Source of the DNA: Dehalococcoidia bacterium
Lineage (GTDB): Bacteria; Chloroflexota; Dehalococcoidia; Bin125
Direction: 5' to 3'
Length of the DNA stretch: 36,143 bases
Assembly: GCA_007571275.1 (NCBI GenBank)
Contig: RKRS01000220.1
Location: 1 to 36,143, forward strand
Shown here: piece after piece, positions 1 through 8,175 of the stretch
How positions within the stretch are numbered: the first letter of the stretch is position 1
Layout of the letters: each line of letters starts with the position of its first letter
The notes under the pieces: generated by a model
What the model saw: the letters and a program-made list of their open reading frames with translations, nothing else
Told to the model about the DNA's origin: nothing
The model's database searches: none
Position numbers and translations under genes: made by a program

Positions 1-1021
1 TCAGTCGCAGGATCGACTCGGCGAACTGCTCGGCGTGGCTACTCGTTCCCTCGGCCTCAGCGCTGACGATGTCGACCGCGCCCGCAATGTCGAGCGTTCG
101 GTCGTGCGAAGCTGGTTGATGCGTGGCACCCTGCACACCATCGCCGCTGATGATCTGCGCTGGATGCTGCGGTTGCTGGGACAGGCGATGGATGCCAGGG
201 CGCTCAAGCGGCGAGCCACGCTCGGGATTTCACCCGAAGATCATCGCCGCGTGCTGGAGTTCATCGGACCTGAGTTAGCCCGTCAAGGTCCCATGACCCG
301 CGCGGAGATCGCCGGTGCGCTTCGCTCCGCCGGTCTGCCCTGGGCAGACCAGGCGACGCCACATCTGCTGCGGACGGCGTCGCTGCTGGGCGTGGCCTGC
401 TTTGGCCCCGATCGCGATGGCGAAGCGACTCACGTGCTGATCGACGACTGGCTGCCTTCCGAGGAAGCGCCTCCGTCCGATCTGGCCGCTGAGTTGGCCC
501 GCCGCTACTTCGCCGCCTACGGCCCGGCGACGCCCGCCGACTTCCGGTGGTGGTCAGGGTTGCCAGCCGCTGACTCGCGTCGCGCCGTACAGGCGATCAA
601 TGCGGAACTGATCGAGGTTGCGGTGGAGGACAAGTCCATGTGGATGACCGCCGAATCCGCCGAACGGATGGATACGGCGCTGGAGGCTCCGCGTGATCGA
701 CTGCGCGTGTTGGGGCCATTCGATTCGTATCTGCTTGGCTACGCCAGGCGCGACCTCGCCGTGCCCGATCACCTGCTCAAGCGCGTCAACGCCGGCGGCG
801 GCATGATCCGATCCTGTGTGCTGATCGACGGCCGCCTGGTCGGCACCTGGGATCGGAGACGCCGAGCCAGGGGCATCACGGTGAACGTGACAACCTTCGC
901 GCCGCTCTCGGACGACGCGCAAGCGCAACTGGACGCCGAGTTCAGCGAGATCGGACGCTTCCTCGGCGCACAGATCAGCTGGTCGATTCAGCCTGATCCT
1001 GAGGCGGCCACACGCGGCTGA
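1..1021 (+). CDS. Winged-helix DNA-binding domain protein, YcaQ/AlkZ-like (DUF1006) family; 5' end cut by the window edge
   Basis: The frame is open from nt 2 (QSQDRLGELLG...), so the listed GTG at 35 is probably internal. Motifs WLMRGTLHTIAADDLRW, PMTRAEIAGAL, YFAAYGPATPADFRWWSGL and DSYLLGY match my recollection of this family. Stop TGA at 1019-1021. Confidence 0.7.
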   Translation, partial: QSQDRLGELLGVATRSLGLSADDVDRARNVERSVVRSWLMRGTLHTIAADDLRWMLRLLGQAMDARALKRRATLGISPEDHRRVLEFIGPELARQGPMTRAEIAGALRSAGLPWADQATPHLLRTASLLGVACFGPDRDGEATHVLIDDWLPSEEAPPSDLAAELARRYFAAYGPATPADFRWWSGLPAADSRRAVQAINAELIEVAVEDKSMWMTAESAERMDTALEAPRDRLRVLGPFDSYLLGYARRDLAVPDHLLKRVNAGGGMIRSCVLIDGRLVGTWDRRRRARGITVNVTTFAPLSDDAQAQLDAEFSEIGRFLGAQISWSIQPDPEAATRG

Positions 1022-1649
1022 GGTCGATGATCAGTCCTTCCGAGATCTCGGTCGCCGTCAATGATTGCGGACGCTCGAGCCGTTGAGGCTCACGATCCGG
1101 TACGTACACCCAAACCATCTGCTCCTGCGGATCCACCAACCACGCCAGCCGCGCCCCTTGCGAGATCCACATCTGCATCTTCTGCTGAAGCGGCGGAAGT
1201 CGGTCACTGGCGGACCGCACTTCAACCACGAAGTCTGGACACACTCGCCAGATGACGTAGTCGTCGTCGGCGATCGCAGCCAACCGCTCATTGCTGATCC
1301 AGGCAGCATCGGGCATGCGCCGTTCCCCGTTGGGTAGTTGGAACATGGCGCTGGACTCAAATGCCCGTCCTGCGCTCGTGCGGTCGCTCCAGATCAGCGT
1401 CTGCGCATAGATTCGGCCGCTCTGATCACTGCTCTGCGGACCCGGTGGGGGCATGATCAGCAACCTTCCAGCCTCGTCAACTTCTAAGCGCCACTCTTCA
1501 TTCAACGACCCAAGTTCCAGTAGCCGTGCTTCTGTGAGTTTCCACTCGGACGGGAGTTGTAGACGGAGTGGAAAAGTGCCCGGTGCGGGTTCAGGCGATT
1601 CGTTCGCGGGCGCGTCGGCGGCAGGTTTCGCAGGTCGCGCAGTGACCAT
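975..1649 (-). CDS. Uma2 family (DUF820) putative endonuclease
   Basis: 224 aa. The core (PDAAWIS..., CPDFVVEVRSASD, ...WISQGARLAWLVDP...VWVY) is typical of the Uma2 PD-(D/E)xK-like family. GGAGAGG lies about 6 nt upstream of the ATG at 1649. The 3' end overlaps the convergent upstream gene by 47 nt. Confidence 0.8.
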   Translation of the reverse strand: MVTARPAKPAADAPANESPEPAPGTFPLRLQLPSEWKLTEARLLELGSLNEEWRLEVDEAGRLLIMPPPGPQSSDQSGRIYAQTLIWSDRTSAGRAFESSAMFQLPNGERRMPDAAWISNERLAAIADDDYVIWRVCPDFVVEVRSASDRLPPLQQKMQMWISQGARLAWLVDPQEQMVWVYVPDREPQRLERPQSLTATEISEGLIIDLSRVWPPQDQAESTS

Positions 1650-1673
1650 TCGTCCTCTCCGATCAGCTAACGC

Positions 1674-2837
1674 TCACACCGGCGAGAGCGCGCGCAGACG
1701 GGTCGTGATCTGCTCGATGGTCCGCGCGATGTTGTCAACCTGCTCAGGCGTGTTGGATTGGCCGAGGCTGAGGCGCAGCGTGCTGTGCGCCGTGTCCGGA
1801 TCGAGCCCGATGGCCGAGAGAACGTGACTGGGCTCGGTGCTGCCGGTGCTGCAGGCGCTGCCCGACGACGCGGCGAAGCCTTCGAGATCGAGCTGCAGCA
1901 GAATGCTCTCGCCCTCGACGCCCGGGAAGCTCAGGTTGAGGTTGTTGGGCAGCCGTCGTGTCCAGTCGGCGGGACCGTTCAGTCGGATCGGGTGGACGCG
2001 CTCGTTGAGCTCACGCCAGAGTCGGTTTCGCAGGTCTGCAGTGTGGTCGGTGCGACGCGCGCGTTCGTGATCGGCCAGTTCCAGCGCCTTGGCCAGACCG
2101 ACCGCCTGCGCCACCGACTCGGTGCCCGCCCGACGCTCCTCCTCCTGTCCGCCGCCGAGCTGGATCGGTTGCAGCGATGTCCGTCGGCGCACGTACAGCG
2201 CTCCCGCGCCTTTGGGACCATAAATCTTGTGCGCCGTCAGCGACATCAGGTCGACGCCCAGGACGTCGGGCCGAATGTCGATCGCGCCGGCCGCCTGGAC
2301 GGCGTCGGTATGGACGATGGTCTTCCGATTGCGCTGCTTTACCGCCCGCGCGATCTCGGCGATTGGCTGCACTGCGCCGATCTCGTTATTGGCCGCCATG
2401 ATGCTGATCAGCGTCGTGTCATCTCGGACGGCCGCGGCCGCCTCGTCAGCGTCGACGAAGCCATCGTTGTCGACTGACAGGATCGTCAGCTCAAAGCCCT
2501 CGCGCTCGAGCTGTTCCATGGTGTGCAGGATGGCGTGATGCTCGGTCGCTTGTGTGATCAGGTGTCGCCCGACATGCTGGCGAGCCAGCGCCGCGCCGCG
2601 AATCGCCAGATTGTCCGACTCGGTTCCGCCCGAGGTCAGCACCACTTCCGAGGGCGAGCAATCGAGCACTGCGGCGATGTCATCGCGCGCCTGATCGAGC
2701 AGCGCACGAGCGTACTGCGCCTCGCGGTAGATGCCTGAGGGATTGCCCCAGCCGTGTTGTAATGCCGGCAGCATCGCTTCCAGTACTCGCGGCTCAAGTG
2801 GCGTGGTCGCGGCGTGGTCAAAGTAAGCGCGTTCCAT
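1674..2837 (-). CDS. nifS: Cysteine desulfurase (class I, NifS/IscS type)
   Basis: I trimmed the 676-aa ORF to the ATG at 2837 (MERAYFDHAATTP...), giving 387 aa. It has the PLP-lysine motif SLTAHKIYGPKG and the active-site loop SSGSACSTGSTEPSHVL. The part of the long ORF upstream of 2837 is Arg/Pro-rich and runs through intergenic repeats. Confidence 0.9.
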   Translation of the reverse strand: MERAYFDHAATTPLEPRVLEAMLPALQHGWGNPSGIYREAQYARALLDQARDDIAAVLDCSPSEVVLTSGGTESDNLAIRGAALARQHVGRHLITQATEHHAILHTMEQLEREGFELTILSVDNDGFVDADEAAAAVRDDTTLISIMAANNEIGAVQPIAEIARAVKQRNRKTIVHTDAVQAAGAIDIRPDVLGVDLMSLTAHKIYGPKGAGALYVRRRTSLQPIQLGGGQEEERRAGTESVAQAVGLAKALELADHERARRTDHTADLRNRLWRELNERVHPIRLNGPADWTRRLPNNLNLSFPGVEGESILLQLDLEGFAASSGSACSTGSTEPSHVLSAIGLDPDTAHSTLRLSLGQSNTPEQVDNIARTIEQITTRLRALSPV

Positions 2838-2910
2838 ATCGTCAGGGTAGCGCGAGTCTGCCAACGGCGTTGGCCGTCGTCGAAGAGGTGGGGTCTGGGC
2901 CAGGCTGCTC

Positions 2911-3182
2911 GGTTCCTGCTTGCGCAGGAATGACGGTGGGGGGAGGGGGTATTGGGAATGACAATGTGAGATGGTGGCATCAGGGATGATGACATGAGGG
3001 ACGGCCTGGCCAAATGAGGGAGTGGGGGTCGGATAGTCGAATGAGGTGGCGGGTAGAGCGGGCTGGCCGATGGCATTGCGCGTTGTGGGTTCCTGCTTGC
3101 GCAGGAATGACGGTACTGGTGTAGGTGTGACCACAAGAAGGAATGACGGTGCGCGGCGTGAGCTAGGTCGAATGAGGCGGCG
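2911..3182. repeat. Intergenic repeat cluster with two identical 26-nt hairpin cores plus degenerate GGAATGACGG-like half-units
   Basis: GGTTCCTGCTTGCGCAGGAATGACGG occurs identically at 2911-2936 and 3088-3113. The stem is TTCCTGC/GCAGGAA with a 4-nt loop. A partial unit GGAATGACGG sits at 3140-3149. Related units in between include GGGAATGACAATG, GATGATGACATGAGGG, AAATGAGGGAG, CGAATGAGGTGG and CGAATGAGGCGG. Confidence 0.7.
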
Positions 3183-3283
3183 GCGCCGGGCTGTGCCGAA
3201 ACTGACACGCGCGTTGCAATTCTCCCAGTCCGCTTGCCTGCTATATTGTCGGCATCGCGCTTCGTGCATGAAGGGATCCTCAC

Positions 3284-3667
3284 ATGGTGTTCCAGATGAC
3301 TGAGATGCTGGACGTGTCCGACCTCGCGGCCGAAAAGGCCAAGTCGCTGCTCGAGGACAAGGGCTTCGCCGAAGGCGCACTGCGTGTGTTCGTGGTCGGC
3401 GGCGGCTGCTCCGGCTATCAGTACGGCATGGCACTGGCGATGGACGCCGAAACGGGCGACTCCGTGATCGAGAAAAACGGCGTGCGCTTCCTGGTCGACG
3501 AAGAGTCGGCTCCACTGATCGCCGGTTCGCGCGTGGACTACATCGACGATGTGATGAAGCAGGGCTTCTCGATCTCCAACCCGAACGCCTCGCACTCCTG
3601 CGCCTGTGGTTCGAGCTTCGACACGGCCAGCGGCGGCGGCGCCTCACAAGCCCGCTCCTGCATCTAG
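3284..3667 (+). CDS. Iron-sulfur cluster insertion/assembly accessory protein (HesB/IscA/ErpA A-type carrier)
   Basis: 127 aa. It carries the GGGCSGYQY motif and the C-terminal CACGSSF cysteine motif of A-type carriers. GAAGGGA lies about 7 nt upstream of the ATG at 3284. The gene is divergent from the cysteine desulfurase. Confidence 0.85.
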   Translation: MVFQMTEMLDVSDLAAEKAKSLLEDKGFAEGALRVFVVGGGCSGYQYGMALAMDAETGDSVIEKNGVRFLVDEESAPLIAGSRVDYIDDVMKQGFSISNPNASHSCACGSSFDTASGGGASQARSCI

Positions 3668-3690
3668 CCTTCGCTACGTTCTGACCCACC

Positions 3691-4548
3691 ATGACCCGCA
3701 TCACGCAGCAGCTTGGTGCGGGTCCGACGCTGTCCTTCGAATTCTCGGCGCCTCGCGATCAGGTAGGGGTGGATCGTCTGAGGCAGACGCTCGCGCTGCT
3801 GTCACGACACCATCCGCAGTTCATGTCGGTGACCTATGGGGCCGGCGGGACCACGCGCGGCCCAACGCGCGACTGGGTGCGCACGATTCGGCGCGAGTTT
3901 CGTGTTGAAGCGATGCCACACCTAACCTGCGTCTCGCACACGCGAGAGGAAGTCGCGGGCATTATCGAGGAATATCGGGCCGACGGAATCGAGAACATCC
4001 TCGCCCTGCGCGGCGATCTGCCGCAAGGCGTCGAGGCTGCCTCGCAAGCCTTCGACACCGCTGCCGAGCTGACCGCATTCATCCGTGAACGTACCGACTG
4101 GGACATCGGCGTCGCTGCGCATCCCGAGGGTCATCCCCTGGCCGTCTCGCGTGAGGCTGATCTGGTCCACCAGTCGCGCAAGCTCTCCACCGCTGACTTC
4201 GCACTGACCCAGTTCTTCTATCGCGCAGAATTCTACGAAGCCTTTGTCTCTGAACTCTGCTCGCGGGGCGTCGACACCCCTGTGATTCCCGGCCTGATGC
4301 CGCCGACCAACGTAGCCGGCATCGAGCGAATGTCGGCGCTCAACAACAGCGAGTTCCCGACCGATCTCAGGAAACGGTTGAGCGCGGCCGAGAGCGCGGC
4401 CGAGCGTCGGCAAATCGGGGTGGACGTCGCTGTCAGTCTGGGCCGACAATTGTTAGAGCTCGGCGCGCCCGGCCTGCACATTTACACGATGAACTACGCG
4501 CGCGCCGCCTCCGAGGTCGCCACAGCGCTCGGCTGGCCAATCTCCTAA
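3691..4548 (+). CDS. metF: Methylenetetrahydrofolate reductase
   Basis: 285 aa. The segments LSFEFSAPR, FMSVTYGAGGTTR, MPHLTCV, ENILALRGD and GVAAHPEGHP are characteristic of MetF. It starts 23 nt after the A-type carrier gene. Stop TAA at 4546-4548. Confidence 0.9.
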   Translation: MTRITQQLGAGPTLSFEFSAPRDQVGVDRLRQTLALLSRHHPQFMSVTYGAGGTTRGPTRDWVRTIRREFRVEAMPHLTCVSHTREEVAGIIEEYRADGIENILALRGDLPQGVEAASQAFDTAAELTAFIRERTDWDIGVAAHPEGHPLAVSREADLVHQSRKLSTADFALTQFFYRAEFYEAFVSELCSRGVDTPVIPGLMPPTNVAGIERMSALNNSEFPTDLRKRLSAAESAAERRQIGVDVAVSLGRQLLELGAPGLHIYTMNYARAASEVATALGWPIS

Positions 4549-4594
4549 CCAGTCGATTTACCATCTCTCAGCGTTGGCCATACCGCATATCTCT

Positions 4595-4690
4595 CCGTCA
4601 CTCCTACATCGCCCGTCGTCAACTCCGTTCCCCCTCTTCGACCGTCAGTCCCGCGATCCCTTCTCCGTCATTCCTGCGCAAGCAGGAACC
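4595..4690. repeat. Third copy of the 26-nt hairpin repeat in opposite orientation, preceded by degenerate CCGTCA-N-TCC units
   Basis: CCGTCATTCCTGCGCAAGCAGGAACC at 4665-4690 is the exact reverse complement of the cores at 2911-2936 and 3088-3113. Upstream units are CCGTCACTCC (4595-4604), CCGTCGTCAACTCC (4613-4626) and CCGTCAGTCC (4642-4651). Confidence 0.7.
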
Positions 4691-4723
4691 ACCACGTCCG
4701 GCGCCGACCCCTGAGACCATCAA

Positions 4724-5176
4724 CTAGGTCGGCTGCAGCTGAGCTCGAAGGGCGTTCAGCGTTTCCAGGTCCATCTGGTGCATGGAACGGGCAATCGACT
4801 CCACATCAAGCCGTCCCTGAAAGCGGTGACCGGCCGCCTGTTCCCACTCGTAGCCGGAGATCATGTAGAGCACACTGCTGATCTGCTCGCGGGTGCGATA
4901 CCACTCGCGTAGCTGCTCGTAGCAGTCGGGGAGAGTCGCTTGTTCGAGCCACTCGTAGTCGTGCAGGGGTAGGTCATCAACGTCCTGGAAGAGCAGATGG
5001 CCGAGCTGCCAGGCGGCGATCGTCTCATGTCGCCAGGCTCGTTCGATCAGCGCTTCGGCGTCGGGCAGGGAGCGGCGCAGCGCCTGCATCATCAACTCGT
5101 GCATCTCACCCGATGCTTCGCGCAGCGCCTTCATTAACCAGCGACGTGAGGTCTCGGTATCACTCATGGCGCACAT
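4724..5176 (-). CDS. Hypothetical protein, helical, possibly a DinB-like four-helix bundle
   Basis: 150 aa with good third-position GC bias. I recognise no confident family. Several spaced His residues in predicted helices (EMHEL, WRHET, LGHLL, SMHQM) are the only hint of a DinB-like fold. The alternative ATG at 5167 is equally plausible. Confidence 0.5.
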   Translation of the reverse strand: MCAMSDTETSRRWLMKALREASGEMHELMMQALRRSLPDAEALIERAWRHETIAAWQLGHLLFQDVDDLPLHDYEWLEQATLPDCYEQLREWYRTREQISSVLYMISGYEWEQAAGHRFQGRLDVESIARSMHQMDLETLNALRAQLQPT

Positions 5177-5257
5177 TGTGGCACATCGCCGTACACCGTC
5201 GACAGACAGTCAGGATGGGATACGCTGACTCGGTACGCCGGTCGCGGGAGGGCAGAG

Positions 5258-5470
5258 ATGCTGACGGAGTTCTGGGAGTCGGACACCTTTACCGAGCGAC
5301 GCGAGGCGTTGCTCGACACGTTGGAGACGGACTATCCGTGGAGCAAGGGTGACACGTTGCGATTCCGACGAGGCGGCCGCGACGATCGCTATCGCGTGCT
5401 CCGCGTCCAGGTAGAGATCGGCGACGAGGGGCTGCGGCGCGAGGTATTGCTACTCAAGCTGGGGTCATAG
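5258..5470 (+). CDS. Small hypothetical protein (70 aa)
   Basis: GGGAGGG lies about 6 nt upstream of the ATG. The ORF has strong GC3 codon bias and ends 6 nt before the next gene's GTG start. I recognise no family. Confidence 0.45.
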   Translation: MLTEFWESDTFTERREALLDTLETDYPWSKGDTLRFRRGGRDDRYRVLRVQVEIGDEGLRREVLLLKLGS

Positions 5471-5476
5471 ACAGCG

Positions 5477-6295
5477 GTGTCTGAGTCGGGAGCATTGCCA
5501 TATACGCTCCTGCTCCTGCTCCTGGAGCTGGGTATCGGTGGCGCTCTGGTGATGCATGCTGTGCACCTGCGTGGTCAGGCGACGCCGGGTTTCGTACGGG
5601 CCACAACGATTATGGCGCCCATCGTCCTGGGATTGGCGTTCTGGACGGCGTTGACGCTTGAGGGCGACGTCGTCGAGGGCTACGCGGTTCGCTCTGGTCC
5701 CCGCGACATACTGGTCTGGATGTTGGGCGCGCTGACCGCGGCGTCGGTGTTGCACAACGTCGCGCTCTATACCGATCGTGACACCTGGGCGCGGCGCATC
5801 GGTTGGCTGCTCACTGGGCTGTCGCTGGCCGCTCTGGGACTGACGGCCGCGACGCTGTCCGGCTCTCCCGAAGCGCTGACTGCGTTCAGTCTGGGCTTTG
5901 GCGCGCTGGCGCTGGGACTCTCGGCCGTCGGACTGGCGTTGGGTCACTGGTATCTCGTCACACCGCGTCTGCCAGCCAGGCCGTTGGTCGAGATCACCAC
6001 GGCATTCCTGATCGTCGTGCTGATCCAGGCGATTCTCTGTGGCGCCGCGCTTGTGGTCTCCGTCAATGATCCCATCGGAGGCCGTGACCAGGCGCTGACC
6101 AGCGACCCGACCTTCTGGCTGCGGATCGTGGTTGGTTTCGTCCTGCCGCTGATCTTCGGTTGGATGGCTTGGAGCACGGCGCGGATGCGCTCGATGATGG
6201 CGGCCACAGGCCTGCTCTACCTGACCACCGCAGCGGTGCTGGCCGCCCAGATCGCGGCTCGGGCGCTGATGTTCGACAGTGGTCGCCCGCTCTGA
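5477..6295 (+). CDS. Multi-pass integral membrane protein, unknown family
   Basis: 272 aa from a GTG start, with about 7-8 hydrophobic helices (for example LPYTLLLLLLELGIGGALVM, IMAPIVLGLAFWTAL, IGWLLTGLSLAALGL, FWLRIVVGFVLPLIFGW). The antisense 286-aa ORF is Arg-rich and looks spurious. Confidence 0.6.
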   Translation: MSESGALPYTLLLLLLELGIGGALVMHAVHLRGQATPGFVRATTIMAPIVLGLAFWTALTLEGDVVEGYAVRSGPRDILVWMLGALTAASVLHNVALYTDRDTWARRIGWLLTGLSLAALGLTAATLSGSPEALTAFSLGFGALALGLSAVGLALGHWYLVTPRLPARPLVEITTAFLIVVLIQAILCGAALVVSVNDPIGGRDQALTSDPTFWLRIVVGFVLPLIFGWMAWSTARMRSMMAATGLLYLTTAAVLAAQIAARALMFDSGRPL

Positions 6296-6317
6296 TACCA
6301 AGCGCTGAGGACGCCTG

Positions 6318-7214
6318 TTATTCAACCACGTCCTGTTGTGTCCCGTTCAGGTTCCGCCCCGGTGGCAACTCGGGAGTCGTCGCCGCTTCGGCCTGCCAGC
6401 CGGCGCGAGCGTGATCGAGCAGACTCGATACCTCGTGAATCGCTGCCGTCGTGCGAGTACCCCACCAGGTCAGGTTCTGTCCGTCGCAGAGATAGATGTG
6501 ACCCTCGCGGGCCGCTGACATACCAGCCTGCGCCAGCAGTTCCTCGGCGTGGCGTTCACGGAAGCGATACGGCTCCGACGGCAAGAGAATGACTTCAGGA
6601 TCGAGGGCAATCAGCTCGGTCAGCTGGAGTCGTGGATAGCGCCCCCCTGAGGAATCCTCGCAGACGTTGATCGCCCCACAGACCCTGAGCAGATCGCCGA
6701 TGTAGGTATCGCCCGAGGCCGCCATGTACGGATTGCGCCAGATCAGCGCCGCCGCGCGGACGCGTGGACGGATTCGTTGCAGATGTCGTTGTTCTTCCAG
6801 CGCTTCATTGATCGAGTCAGCGGTTTTGAGCGATATGCCGCCGATCAATCGGCCAACCTTCTCGATCTCTGCCGGTACCTCCTGCGCAGTCCGCACGTCG
6901 CCGACATAGACGTTCAAGCCGGCCTGACGCAAGGCGACCACATCTTCCTCGTTGTTCTCTTCGCGGTTGGCCAGTACCAGCTGCGGGTTGAGTCGAATAA
7001 TCCGTTCGATGTCGGGATTCTTCGTCCCGCCGACCTTCCGAATCGGCGTGACGATCTCGGCCGGTTCCACGCAGAATCTGGTCACGCCAACCAGCCGCGA
7101 TCCCAGGCGCATCGAGCAAACGAGTTCGGTGAATGATGGAACCAGCGACACCACCTGGCGGGCGGGTCGCTCGATATCGATTGTGGTGTTGGTCGCGTCA
7201 ACTACGCTAGGCAT
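6318..7214 (-). CDS. Periplasmic-binding-protein fold protein (BtuF/FhuD-like, Fe3+-siderophore/cobalamin type) without an N-terminal signal peptide
   Basis: I trimmed the 369-aa ORF to the ATG at 7214 (MPSVVDATNTTIDIERPARQVVSLVPSFTELV...), giving 298 aa. Motifs VVSLVPSFTEL, LVGVTRFC, VGGTKNPDIERIIRLNPQLVLAN and DPEVILLPSEPY resemble class III solute-binding proteins. The upstream extension overlaps the divergent ABC gene. Confidence 0.75.
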   Translation of the reverse strand: MPSVVDATNTTIDIERPARQVVSLVPSFTELVCSMRLGSRLVGVTRFCVEPAEIVTPIRKVGGTKNPDIERIIRLNPQLVLANREENNEEDVVALRQAGLNVYVGDVRTAQEVPAEIEKVGRLIGGISLKTADSINEALEEQRHLQRIRPRVRAAALIWRNPYMAASGDTYIGDLLRVCGAINVCEDSSGGRYPRLQLTELIALDPEVILLPSEPYRFRERHAEELLAQAGMSAAREGHIYLCDGQNLTWWGTRTTAAIHEVSSLLDHARAGWQAEAATTPELPPGRNLNGTQQDVVE

Positions 7215-7266
7215 ATGCCTGAGGTTATCAGCGACCGATAGCAGCGGTCGCCGGAGAGAGTGCGGG

Positions 7267-8169
7267 ATGACCATTGCCCCAGTGTCAGGAGCCGGCGTCA
7301 TGCTCCGCGATGTGACCGTGGGATATCCGGACCAGCGTGTCTTCGAGAACCTGTCGCTCAGTATTCCCGGTGGCGTCTTCACCGGCATTATCGGCGGTAA
7401 CGGTTCCGGCAAGAGCACACTGCTCAAGACGATCGCCGGATTGCTGCAGCCTGCTCGCGGCGACGTGCTGGTCGGCGGGGAGAGCCCTGAGGATGCGCGA
7501 GCATTTCTCGGTTACATGCCACAAGTCAGCAATGTTGACTGGCGCTTTCCGATCACGGTCCGTGAGCTGGTCGCAATGGGGCGCTACCAGTTCAGTTGGC
7601 GACGACGTCTCGGCCGTCTCGGTCGCAACCGTGATGACCAGCTCGCGGTTGACCGAGCTCTGACGATGATGGACGTGCAGGACCTGCAGGATCGGCAGAT
7701 CCAGGAGTTGTCGGGCGGACAGCGTAAACGGGCGCTGATTGCCCGCGCGCTCGCCAGACAGCCGCGAATCCTGCTACTCGATGAACCGTCGGCGGCGCTG
7801 GACGCCGTCTCGGATGACCAGTTGTTTGATGTGCTGTGCGACCTGACCGAGCTGGGTACTTCAGTCATCATGACCACGCACGATCTCTCCACCGTGATTG
7901 AGCACTATACCGAGGTGATCTGTATCAACGCGTCAGAGGGCGGGATCGTGGCGCAGGGCGATCCCTCCACCGTCTTGACCGAGGATGTGCTGCGCCAGAC
8001 CTTCGGTCGGGAACTGGCGATCGTCTCGCGCGGCGACGTTCATGACGGGCAGGATGATCGCGGCGATCACCACACCATGCGGCTCGCCGATCATCTGCAC
8101 CTGCACATGGATGAACACGAGCACCTCGAGGGACACTCGCATGGCGCTTCGTCGCCGCCTCAGCGTTGA
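7267..8169 (+). CDS. ABC transporter ATP-binding protein (metal-type, ZnuC/TroB-like) with a His-rich C-terminal tail
   Basis: I trimmed the 405-aa ORF to the ATG at 7267; the ATG at 7300 (MLRDVTVGY) is an alternative start. It has Walker A GGNGSGKST, the signature LSGGQRKR, Walker B LLLDEP and H-loop TTHD. The tail reads HDGQDDRGDHHTMRLADHLHLHMDEHEHLEGHSHG. Confidence 0.85.
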   Translation: MTIAPVSGAGVMLRDVTVGYPDQRVFENLSLSIPGGVFTGIIGGNGSGKSTLLKTIAGLLQPARGDVLVGGESPEDARAFLGYMPQVSNVDWRFPITVRELVAMGRYQFSWRRRLGRLGRNRDDQLAVDRALTMMDVQDLQDRQIQELSGGQRKRALIARALARQPRILLLDEPSAALDAVSDDQLFDVLCDLTELGTSVIMTTHDLSTVIEHYTEVICINASEGGIVAQGDPSTVLTEDVLRQTFGRELAIVSRGDVHDGQDDRGDHHTMRLADHLHLHMDEHEHLEGHSHGASSPPQR

Positions 8170-8175
8170 TGCTCC

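Noticed and set aside
2911-3182. Possible CRISPR array, because of repeated GGAATGACGG-containing units
   Set aside because: The units are short and degenerate with irregular spacing. Only two full 26-nt copies are present, there are no cas genes, and a third copy is inverted 1.5 kb away. This fits REP/MITE-like repeats, not CRISPR.
3214-3247. Sigma-70-like promoter for the erpA-like gene (TTGCAA ... TATATT)
   Set aside because: The hexamers are 22 nt apart, outside the usual 16-19 nt spacing. No better -35 lies at the right distance, so this is not reported as a feature.
1674-3704. 676-aa ORF read as a single large protein
   Set aside because: Only the C-terminal 387 aa (from the ATG at 2837) look like cysteine desulfurase. 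The upstream part is Arg/Pro/Ser-rich, runs through the intergenic hairpin repeats (recurring SFLRKQEP) and is antisense to the erpA-like gene.
5465-6325. Long antisense or overlapping ORFs. These are 5465-6325 (-), 8452-9333 (+), 19458-20219 (+), 20056-20958 (+), 21673-22584 (-), 26582-27157 (-), 29871-30581 (-), 31386-32291 (+) and 2636-3595 (-).
   Set aside because: All lie opposite or out of frame with ORFs that have clear family motifs. Their translations are Arg/Gly/Pro/Ala-rich, typical of non-coding frames in high-GC DNA, and they lack recognisable domains.
6952-7427. Long N-terminal extensions of the divergent binding-protein (to 7427) and ABC ATPase (from 6952) ORFs
   Set aside because: The extensions overlap each other on opposite strands, are low-complexity, and are unnecessary because both domains begin at the internal ATGs (7214 and 7267/7300). 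This is a typical high-GC open-frame artefact.
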